Assembly (NCBI GenBank): GCA_046563655.1
Contig: CM102289.1
Location: forward strand, 9,796,001 to 9,860,000
Length of the DNA stretch: 64,000 bases
DNA from: Yuukianura sp. NJ FZ-2021
Taxonomy: Eukaryota
Direction: 5' to 3'
How positions within the stretch are numbered: position 1 is the first letter of the stretch; the number at the start of each line of letters is the position of its first letter. The notes under the pieces are model-generated. The model made no database searches, had not been told where the DNA came from, and saw nothing but the letters and a program-made list of their open reading frames with translations. Shown here in pieces: positions 1 through 12,000 of this stretch. Position numbers and translations under genes: made by a program.

Positions 1-57
1 GAAACTTTAGGTTATTAAATTTTGAGTTTTTGAAAAAATGAAAGTTTGTGTGGATAG

Positions 58-3000
58 GTACAATTTATAGCAGAAACTGGAGGTGGTCCAGTGGAGCTGC
101 GTTCAAACACGCCAGTAAATGATGGTTTGTGGCACGCAATTACGATTCAAGTAAGTCACAAAAAATTTACTAACTTTTTATTTTGCTTTTTTTTTATGGG
201 AAACGATAGCTCTTGGAAGAAAATTTTCAATTTTAAAATGCAATTTCACTTTAACACTTAGTTTTTGTTAGAAAAGGATGAAAGTAGAGAGTAATTGGCA
301 ATTAAGTGTGTGATGGGAATACCAATTTGGAGTTTACCTAGAAAAAGTTAGACTCTCTTGATTACAGTTTTTGAAAAAGTGTTTTGTAAAATGGTGGAGT
401 TGGTCCGTTTTCTTTGAAAAATTATTGTTGACAGGCACAGGATTCCGTGATTACTCAAATTATTATTAGTTTTCCCTCTGCTTTGTGCCAACTCCTTATT
501 TTTCATCTGAGCTTTCCGGGAAATGTTCAAGGAAGTAATTTATACTCATAAACTGCCAGCATTTCACAAATGCTGCCAGTATATACTGGATACTTGTGAT
601 AAAAATGAGAGTAGTTACAGGCGGTGGCTGAGTTTGTTCCTTAATCAACTATGATTCATGTGGCCAGAACAAAAGGAATGTTTGTGTGTCCTCATCAAGT
701 TGATGATTGGACTTTAGTTGATGAAAGTCTTGCCCCGCCCCCTCCCTTGGTGGCTGTGGTGGGGCGGTGGCTGTGGTGGGGCAGTTGACGGTGGCAGATT
801 GAGAAATGTGGAGAAAGGCGGGTGGGGATTAGGGAGCTTAGAAAACGCGGGTATTTTGGACCTTGGAATTCCTTAATCTGACAGGCTAGTTGGACAGGGC
901 CAAAAGACAATGGAATTGATTATCTTCTTTCTCATCCAGCGACTTTATTGTGTGTAGGTCTCTGCTTCTGTGTTGTCTCTTGTGGTGGACAATGCGACAT
1001 GGACAGAGGCCCAGCCGACACGCGGCAGCAGTCGCCATCTCGATGTCTCCGAAATTGTGTACTTGGGCGGTGTGGAGGACTCCAGAAGAAATAAACTGAG
1101 GGCTCTCGGCCTAATCGATCACAGTTTCATCGTAAGCTCTCAATCACTCTCCAACTTTTTCAAATTTAGGTTTTAGAACAAAGAACGACAAAAACGGAAG
1201 GTTTTGGCAGGAGACAGTAAATTTCAACTAATTTGTAGATTTTGATCAAAACACAAAACAGAAACTTTGATTTTGACTGTGACAAGGTTCTTTTTTGATT
1301 AAAACTAATCACAGCAATCTGATTCCAGATTAATTGACTAATTCCAATTTCAGAATTTCAGTATTTTCATTTCAGAATTTTCAATTTTAGAAAAAAAAAT
1401 TCAGTAATTTTGATTTCTGAAGTTACGAAGAGGAACAATGCAAGATTTTTGTTTTTTTCCTAAAAGTTGTGATGTCAGAATGTCATTGTCTAAATTTCTC
1501 ATAAAATCCCGCTCTTTTGTTAGTTTGACTTTCACTCTCTTTCAATAACTTTTTTCTTCTCTTTTCTGTTAACAATAAAAGCAATTTGTTTCTTTTGAGA
1601 GGTCAAGAGTGAAAGGCGTTTGTATTTTTGTGCTGACTTTGTTTGTAATTTTCCAGGGTTGTCTCCAGAATTTTTCAGTGGACGGTCGTCTGTACGGTCT
1701 TCCAGAAGTGGACGTGAGTCGCAACATAAGCCTCGGCTGTCCCTGTCTCAATTCAAACCCAATTTCAGCCAGTAGTGGAACTGAATGTCCACAAACTTCC
1801 AGAACAAAGTCCACCACAAATGTTCCACTGAAATCCAATTCGACAGTCTACGCCCAAGGTTCGTAAATTTTTTCTTTAACAGGTTAGGCAATAAGTGAGT
1901 TTCTTTTATTCCTTTCCCCCAAAAATTGAAAAAATTAAACGACATCACAGTAGCTCTCGTTGCCTTGGCAATTTTAGCTCCGATTTATTTTTACTAATGT
2001 AGTTGGATGCCAATTTAACTCACTTTAACTTAATTTTAAAATTTTAATTTTAAATAATTAATACATAAAAAATTTATTTAAAAAATTTTAACTCAAATAA
2101 AGTGATTAACAAGTTCAGAGTAAAATCAGAGTAAAAAAAAATGTTTGCAGCGACATTTTTGGAAATTGGGACTTATTGCCTAACCTGTTAAAGAAAACTA
2201 TTTCGTTGCTATAGGAACCTTGGTCCCCGCCGCTCCAACTGCAAACTGGACCGGTGGAGTTAATGAGCGACCAGGCGGCCCCGGAAGTGTCAACTCCTCA
2301 TCAAGCACATTAGACGTGATTAGCGTGAGTCGTGACGTGACTCGAATTGTGACTCAAACAAGCGTGGGTGACTTGGAGATTATGCGCGTGAGTCCTGTTC
2401 AGGTTGCAGAAGGTGACTCCGTCTCCATTACGCCTCGACATTTGGCCATTACGCTCGATTTGTCAAAATTTGGAATCAGGCTAGTTCTGTTCCGCGTATC
2501 AAAGCCCCCGCAGTTCGGAAGAGTCGAGGTACGAAAATGACTTTCTCTAAGAATAAATCTTCTAATCGCCTCCCAAGGCTCGGCATCTGAATAATGCATT
2601 TAGCACTACTCCAACCTAACCTTAAACTTTTGAAGAAAAGGAGATACTAATTCCCTTTCTACATCACTCTAGCACTGTCAAATGTTTTACCTTCAAATCC
2701 TCTTTGTTTTCTCCTCAAGGAGAAAGTCAAAGCACTCCAACATTATAATCCTTTTCCACTCTCACTTTATAATCTTCTGAATTTTGAATTTTATGAATTC
2801 TGAATTTCCCCGGGTAAATTTTTGAATTTTGAATGTCAAAGGTCACTTCAGCGGCAGCGGGAAGTGGATCAAGTCGAGGAGAAACTTTTGCCTTGTTGGA
2901 TGTTGGAGCAGGCAGAGTGCGTTACTTTCACAACGGTGCTGAAAACTCACGTGATACGATTGAGCTTGTGCTAAAATTTGTACAAAACACAGGGTTCCTA

Positions 3001-6000
3001 CTTCCTGCCTACCTCCAGGTTAGTTGTTTTCATTTTCAAAAAAATTTTGAATAACATTTTTTTTTAAAAAAAATAGCAATTTTTGTGTAGAATTTTCTTT
3101 CAAAAAGTTGTTCATGATGAGATTTTCGCGGCAGGTTTTGAAGTTTGGTGAAAGTCGAAAATAGAATCAAAACCTTCCTTTCACGTTTTTTTTTTGGAAA
3201 AATCGGATCCATTTTGATTTCATTGTTTGCATTTTTCAGAAGGAAGGAGGAAGCAGAAAGTTTTTTTTTCTCTGAAAAGTTAGGTTCATCGAAAATTTAG
3301 AAGTCCTAATGCAATAGCTCCTCTTCGCTTATTTGTTGCTATCCAAAATTCAATGTTCGGAAAACGAAGTAAATCTGTTCCAAAGTTAGTCGGACTCTTA
3401 GCAACAACAAACCAAAAAAAGATGGGTTTATCATATTAGGATCCCAGGAGAAAAGGCTGGTTGGAGGGAGTAACTACGTACAAGAAAGGGATAGATGGAG
3501 GGAGTAACTACGTAAAAAAACATAGTTGTAGACATACGAGCAACTTCGACTTCCGCCTATTGACTTCTGCTCTACTCCAACTTGTTCCAAATATTTTGAA
3601 AAGAGTTTAGAAAAAAAAAATCAAATAAACTTTTTTGGAGGGAGCCTTTATTCTTGCTCACTTTCTTTATAAATAAAAAAGTAAGGCAAAATCACTTTTT
3701 CCCAAAAATTTTGTTACTCCGATGTTTGCTCTGAGTTTCAATTTTCAAACAGAAGAAATTTGAGCATTTTTATTTTATTTTTGTGTTTGTAGTTGCAGAG
3801 ATTTCGAAAGATCAGAGATTGAGAAGGGGAAGCAATTCGAGGAAATGTGTTGAGAAAGTATACGAGTGAGAGAAAAAGTTGAAAAATGATCCTATTTTGA
3901 CTAAAAGTGGTATTAAATTACATTAGACCAAGTTTTTTTTAGATGGTCAAAAAATAAAAAATTTCAAAATTTTTCATGTGAAGGCGGGTACGGAAGTGTT
4001 CCGGAACGATTTAGAAGAGAAAGGGAAAACATTTTGTGCATAACATTTGAGTTTCCATGCTCAGATTATTTGGATTTACACGCCTACTGGATTATGACAA
4101 TTTAAACTAACGCGCTTTTTTTTTTGTAAAGTTTCAAAAAAGTTTAGAAAAGTGTAATGGAATTTAGCACGGCTCATGGCCTCTGCCATTTCGAACCAAA
4201 TTTTTTTTTTCTGAGAGTTGAATTTCTTTTGCTGTCGCAATTTGAAAAAGTCTTGAACCAGCAGAAAGACAGGCGCGTTACATGAATCGTTGAACACGAG
4301 ACAGAAATTACTTTGAGGAGTTGCCAATTTTTGGCGCGGTTATTTGAAAGTAGCTGACTTCCGGCTCACAAGTAAAGAAAAAAAGTAATTGCACCAAAAA
4401 TGCCAAAGTTTATCTCTACAAAAGTTTTAGAACTGAGTTTGTGCAAATGGATGTCACGCAGTAGATCTTCGCTAAAGTAAACATCGTCCCTAATTCAAAT
4501 CCATTTTGCCAAAAATAAATTTTCTTCAGTTGATTTATGATTTGTTTCTCACAAAAAAAAATTGACAAAAATGCGGAAGTCGTCAAATGCAAAACTAAAA
4601 GAAAAAAAAAGTCCAACCTTAACGGCGAAATGAGATTTTTTTTTCTCTTTTGTTTCGATCGGTGTTTAATCTTTCTGTTTTGTGTTTCCTTGCTTAAATT
4701 TTTCGTCACATTACTGAGATTAATTCCAGCAAATCGTTTTCGTTTCTTTTTCTAGTTCGAACTTAATGTGAGTGTAGTTGGAGAAAGTCCGTGTCGGCAA
4801 ACTACGGACAAGATAACTCCTGGATTCGAACAAAGTTCGTGCTGATTGGCAATTTTATAGAATCTTGTCTTTCGAAGCAGAAATTTCATTCTCTTTTGGC
4901 TTTCTTTTCTTTTACCCAAAAAAAAAGAGAGAGAAAAGAGATAGCGTAAGTCGTTAAGTGGAGAAAGTGCAGAAATAGCCGTACTTTCTCCACTGAAACT
5001 CTGAAAACTTGATTCCAGAGAGTTTCTGTTGTACGGCATCTCTGATTTAATGATTTAGTAAGCGTAATAGGATACACAATGGACCAAGAGGAAGCTGCAT
5101 CTTGACTTCTCATGGCAACAACACTTTGGTCACTAACAAAATTCAACTACAAAAGATCGTGTTACGACTTTCACCTTCTCTCGACTTTTGAAAAAACTGA
5201 AAGTGAAACCAAAATAATAATAATAGTTGGCTTTCATCTTCAACTTTTGAAAAAAATTCTCATTGAAACTAGATTCCAAAAGAGAAAGTTGTCTGACCTC
5301 GGCTGACTTTTTTTAAGAAAAGAGATCGATATTTTCTTTATTTTGGCTGCACATCTTCGATTTCAATCTCTTTTTATTTCTAGACAATTTTCAAAAAAAG
5401 GAAAGAACAAATTTTTTGGAGAATTGGAGAGCCAAAATGGCCAAGAAATGGGTGCTTTCTCTTTCTTTTCCGGAGGAGAGTAAAAAGTTTCCGTCTTCTT
5501 TTTGTTCCCAGTGGCTCAAAAGTGTTTCAAAATGTTGGAAACTGAAAATGAAATTTTGCTCTTTTTGAAATTCTTTTAGGACGAGAGAGTTATTACTCTG
5601 CCTGTGGAAATCACGGCGGTAAATGATCCGCCTCAAATCAGACTCGTACCTGGTGGAGTTCTGCGCCTCGCAGAGGTAACAATTTTCACTTTTCACGCAA
5701 ATCTTCACACACTTTTACTTTGTTTGTCTCTCATCCCGCTTCAGCCAAAAAGTCAAAACGGCGTGAAAATTGTATATTCTTTTATTGTGCTTTTGTGCAT
5801 CCGTCTGACATACATGAGCAACTTGAGTATTTCCCATTTACACGTGTTGCAAGCATCTTAACGAAAATTTTATTTTTGTAGACAAAAACTCTGAGATTTT
5901 TTTTGAAAAGTGGTTTTTCCTGTGATGATCTTCAGAGTTTACTAAAAGTAATGAAATCCAGCTCAAAGTAAAAAAAAAACTTCTTAGTAAGGAAACCTTA

Positions 6001-9000
6001 ATGTTGTAATTTGAGGTTAGACTTATAAAAAGTTAAGATAAATTTTGTTTTAATTTTTGCCATTCGAGTGCTACGGACTTACTTAGAAGTTGGAAAAGTT
6101 TTTGATTCGCTACTTGAGTACCGTCGTTTCATTTGAAATTGGATGTTTTTGAGAAGTTTTAATTAGTTACTAATCAAGAGCTGCTTAAAAGTTTTCTTGT
6201 AGATCCAAGTCCATTTCTGTTCCACTTTCTGCTCACGTCTTCTAATTTTGTGAAGGTGAAAGGACTAAGTATAAGTAAAAATCCTATTAATAATTCCTGT
6301 CTTGATTATTTCCTCAGGGGACCAAGATCCGCCTGCTGCCTCAAGTCATAACTTCCTCCGACCCTGACACGCTTCCGGACCATCTCCACTTCACAGTCAT
6401 GCCGACGGAGCCCTTGAAGGGATCTCAAGGGCTCCTCCAAGGGCTCCTCGAACTGGCCAAGGACCCTGGCAAACCAATCACAACTTTCACTCAGGCACAA
6501 CTCGAAAAAGGAAATGTCTGGTAAGAAACAAGGAAATCCAATTAACAAATTAACAATTTCAAAAAAAAACAACACATTTCTCAAAAAAGAAAAGCAAGCA
6601 GTGCTCGACGCTTCACTTTCTTTTGTTTCTGTTTGTGTTAAAAGTGTTGCGTTGCTGAAAAGTGTGAGGAATGAGAGAAAGAATGGCGCTTAATTGCGAA
6701 TTCCGGTGGATCTTTTCTTAGTTGCTGAAAATATTTATGTTGTGGAAGCACAATGTGCTGAATCTCCCGAAGGAGAGACAGAAGGAAAGACATTTTAATT
6801 CCCTGTTGCGGAAACCCATTTGTTTTAATAATGTGGACTTACGGTAGTTGTTTTAATTGGTTTAGGCTTACACTGAGGAAACTACAACACACTGAGGAAA
6901 TACTGAGGAAACTATTTCACACTGAGGAAACAAAGTATAAGACAGAGCCAAAAATATCATTTGATAAAGGAAGGAGAGGAAGTAGGGAGGAATGTGGAGA
7001 AAGCTTTCACTTTTGTGGAACAGAGGTTGTTGTCCGTTTCATTTCTTAAGTACTTTTGGAGAGATACGAATTCCCATTTCCCAGGGTCTGTCGAGCCTTT
7101 GTTGAAGCGAAGCCAAGGGCTTAGGGGGTACTTAAACCTCCTTTACATTAGGAACCACAACTAGCAGAACGAACTGGAGCTTACAGGGAGAAAACCGAAG
7201 TGTCTGGAATAAGTTGATGAAATGGCACTACATGAGACCATCACAACTTGTCCAGGAAATCGGACGAAACACCGAAATCTTGGAGAAAGTTGAGCATTTT
7301 TTGGCAAGGGTGAAAGTCTTTCTTGCTTTCACCGTTTTCTGCTTCTGCTTCTAAACGTTCTTGGCTTACTCAAAAATGAAAACTTTCCCTTATCTGCCTC
7401 CTGACTGCAGAAGTGTAAAAGAAAGCATAGATATAGGTTATGTTAGAACGAAACTACGGTATGAAATGCAGTGTTTTCACATTTGGAGGAGGAGGAGGAG
7501 AGGAGGAGGAGGTGAAAGTAAAAAAAATAAGCACTTCCTCACGAAATGTGTTTCTTTTTTCGTTAATTGAGTTTCCTCATAAAAAGGAACTGTGTTATGT
7601 ATCATAATGGTTGTTGGTATAAATAACATCTAGGTATACTTACACCATTTGCACTTCAAAACAGAAAAAAAAGTTCGAAAAAACGTCATTTTCGGGAAAA
7701 AAATCTTTTTTTTTAGAAGAAAGTTTTGAGGGGAAAATGATTCAAAACTTTTGATTTTGGTGAAAGTTATTGACAACTGCTAAAATATGAATTCAAGAAA
7801 GTGAAAGTTTTTGACAACTCAGAGGAATTTTAGGAATTTTGGTTGCCAAAATAAAAATTTTCGAAAAAGTTTTTTTTGAAGTTATTTTTTGTTGTTTTTT
7901 GTTAGGTACGTTGACCATGGGACTGTAGCCAGTTCGAAGATTGGTCTGAAGGTGACAGATGGAAGTTCAGTGTCTCCTGCAGCCATTCTCAGAATTGAGA
8001 CTTTCCCCTTAAGAATTGTGCCTGAACTTAACACGGGGCTGGAAGTGGCCAATGTCATGGGCACCAGTGTCATCCTGTCCAGCAACAACCTCAGCTTCAC
8101 GTCCAATGCAGCTGACCAAGGGCTCCCTTTGGAGTTTCATGTCGTCAAGGGCCCAGGGGCAGGGGCCCTTCAACTCAAACGGACCAATGGCCAATGGACA
8201 CCAACCAGTTCCTTCACCTCCGTCGACTTGTCAACTCAAGCACTTCGCTATCTGCTCCAAAGGCCAAGGCTAGTCAATAACCTAACATCTTTACCTTAGC
8301 CTATCCTTAACCTAACTTTTATTTCTATTCCGGAACAATGGTGTTGTCCCCGTGGCGCCATTTGGTCATGACACTTTTTCCGAATCAAGGAAACCTTTGA
8401 TCATCAGGGATGTCAAAAATATTTAGCCTTCATGACCGTAATGTTAATAAAAAAAATATTTGCAGGTTTCTGTCACTAAATTATTTATCTATTTCCAATT
8501 ATCTTGATATCAAATAACTAAATATTTTGTCGATTTTTTATAAAAACATGTTTTTTTAATCTTAATTTCGGGACGTCAAATAGAAATTTATGACATAAAT
8601 TTATGACAAAGGGATGTTAAATAGGAATTTACTTGGGCGATTTTAAAGTTTTCTTTGTCAATATTTGGAGGCGTTTTAGCACATATTTTTGACAACCCTG
8701 CTGATCATGAACTTTCTCCACTCTAACCTAAACTTTTTAATTTAAAAAAAAATTTTTTTTTTGATGAAACGTATGCTGTGTTTGATCGAATTGCAGTGAA
8801 GTTCCAACTGAAGATGAGTTCACATTCCACGTATCTCTGTCCAATGTGAAAGTGCCTTCCGATTTCCGCTTTCGTCTGAAAATTCTGACTATTCGTCTGG
8901 ACCAAGTTGGGCTCAACCTGGTCACTCTCAATGACACGACAGAAGCTGTGCTAACTTCGAAGCAATTAGAGTACGCCACTTTTCCGCTCCAAACGCCCCA

Positions 9001-12000
9001 TTCAGCCATCAAGTACACGCTTGTGCAGGGACCTCGTTATGGTCACTTGTCCCTTCAAGGGCTCCCTGACAATGTCCGATCTGTGTCCCAAGGGACAATG
9101 TCATCCGTCCTCTCGGGACTCCACTCACTTTCTCCGTTCATGACTTTCACTCAGAGCGACATTCTGGCCAAACGTCTTCTCTTTTCCTTTCGACTCACAC
9201 CGCACTCTAACATAGCCGACTCTTTTATTTTTAACGTCTCCACACCCCAAGTGACTGATGGGCCCTTCAAGTGCCACATCCATCATTCTGCACGAAGGGC
9301 ACCAGCCGGACTGACTCTAAATCGGCTCGTCATGACCGAAGGGTCCACGGAGTACATAAGAACCTCAACACTCGATATCCGAATTAGTGACAACACTAAA
9401 TCATCTCTACTTTTCTATAATGTCACGTCGTCACCGGCCCACGGCCTCCTAGGAATGTCGCCAGAATCCAAAGCGATTCAAAGATCCAGCGATTTTCAGC
9501 GATCCAGCGATTCTTCAGTGTCCAGCTCCATCATGACTTTCACTTCGCAGGATATCGAAAGTGGACGACTGTTTTACCGTCACGACGGAACAGAGTCCCC
9601 AAGAGACCAAATTCCGTTTGTCGCCTGGAGTGATGTCGCCAACTTTATTTTTGAAGGTCGCCTGGAAATTGTTCTCCGCGGAGTGAATAATCATCCGCCG
9701 AGAAAAGTGCACGGAGCGACTCTATCTGTCGAAATAGTGTTAGGTGGAAGTAGACGCATCACACAGTCAATGCTGGACTACACCGATGACGACTGGGACT
9801 CTGAACGAACTTTGCTCAAGTACACTTTATCCGGAACCGGACCGGACAAAGCGTACCGGACCGGAATCGGTCACTTCTACGACCGAACGGTGTCACTGTC
9901 CCGTCCAGTGTTGTCATGGACACAGGGTGATATTGATGCTGGGAAATTGGTTTTTAGTCACTCCGGACCAGACAGCCATGGTTTCCTGCCTTTCTGGGTC
10001 TCCGACTCCACTTTTACGGTCAATGGTAAGTGAATTATGGGGAGACTAACCTAATTTTAGCCTAACTTTAGCCTACTTTAGCCTAACATGGTAGTGACAA
10101 AGTACTTTTCCTATCACATGACAAACATACACTTGTGCAATTTACATGAGTTAGTGTTGCTACAACGTTTCCGGCGGTGCTTTTCAAACTAAAATGAATG
10201 TAGGCTGGCGAAAAGGCTGAAAGCGGCAGACAGACGCTCGAGTAGTGCTTTGTTCTCTCCTGAGAATGACAATCACTCTAAAATGGGCTCAAAGTCATAG
10301 CATGACACTCTTGTACGGAAATTTGCGTACAGTTTGCACTTAGTATAAAGTAAACTCAGCTTGATACAAAAGTTCACCCGTTTCCGTCCAAAAACTAACT
10401 TTTCTTAAAATTTTTGTTTTATAAATAGCCCTTTTTGGGCGCAGTGGTACAGCATTTGCCGTTCGCAAGCGTTCTGTAACGGGTTGAATTGAAGTCTGGT
10501 TGAATTAGGGAAAATGTTGCAACACTTTCACTTTGAGTTGCTTCCGAAGGACTTTGTGCACATATCTGATTGGGATTTATTTACAAAGACTCCTGTCTCC
10601 ACTCCCATTCATTTAAAATCTCCCTCTCATGTTTGTAAATACAAATGTACATTAGGTTAAGTTAGGCTAACTTCATCCTCGGCATTCTACATGGGACTTT
10701 CTCCATCAAATTAATATCAGTTGTTTGTACATGTGAATTAACTCCCAAATAGAATTCAATCCTCCTCCCTCCTCACATGCTAATTAAATTCAGTTCAACA
10801 AATGTAACTCATAGCTTATTCCTCTCTTTCTATCGACTTCCAATTCAATCCAACTTCAATTCATTTTATCACTATGAAACTAGTTTTGTTTTTGCAAATT
10901 TCAAAAACTGGGACTTTGATAGCAAATCTTTTTATTCCGCCCCACTTGGTCTTCTGTCTTTCAAGAATTTGTGCTTTAAAGAAGCCAAAGAAGGAACGAA
11001 AAGTTAGGTTAGGTTAGGTAACCTAACCTAACCATGTTGCTTCTCTTGAGGCCTCAAAAACCAACATGATTTTGTTAAGGTAAAAAGTTAGCTTTTAAAT
11101 TTTCTTGCGTAGGAAAGTAAAAGTTAGTTTTAGTGCCTAACCTTCCCTGTAGTTTGAGTTGACAAAATGTTATTTTGCATTTAGATTAAATCCAAACCTG
11201 TCCTAGACTCTGGCACAACAGAATCTGCGCTTTCTGCGGAGAAAGTCATGCAATTAAGGAGATTTCATTTGTGGACTCACCCAGGTGGAATCTCCGTCTA
11301 TTCATGTTTGCACTCTGGTTCAAGAAATGTTAGGTTAAGTTTGAAGTTAGAGTGAAAGTAGTTTTAATAATAGATGGAGTCTTATTGTTGTTGACCTTTG
11401 GTGTTCCAGGCACTTTGGAAATCAGAGCAAGTTCTCCCTGGATTCGGATTGTCAACAGAACGAGACTGGCGGGAAGGCGTGGATCGATGAGTCGCTTGAC
11501 TCCCAACAGCCTCCGGATTGACACGAACGTTGACGTGGACCCTGACACTATTTTTGTTAAAGTTCTGGATGGACCGCTCCATGGCTTCATTAAGGTGACT
11601 CTCAACTTTTGTCGTTTCATTACTTTCCGCTTCCTGACTTTCCATAGTTACTCCCTCCAGGCCAAAAAACGCACGCAGCACAGCCAAAAATGAAAAATAC
11701 AACTCGGGTTACCACAAATTTGCTGAAGTTGGGCTTAAATTTTAGAAAAAAAAATTGTTTTGGATTTTTAGAAACTCGTTCTTTACAGAAAAGATTTGCT
11801 TTTTTTCAGACTTTCCATAGTTACTTCCTGCATGCAAAAAAAAAAACTCAAAGTTCATGCACAACCACCAAACTGAAAAATAGAAACGGTGTTGCTCCAA
11901 ATTTTGCTCAAATTCAATGCAAAAATGGGCTTAGATTTTAGAAAATCGCTTTTTTATAATTCAAAGATTTGCTAAATACTTTTCTGAAAAAAATTGATTT

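Noticed and set aside
11636..11960. Local imperfect duplications and short repeats (also 6870-6930, 18780-18860, 37240-37380, 43738-43806)
   Set aside because: Common intronic slippage products with no further structure.
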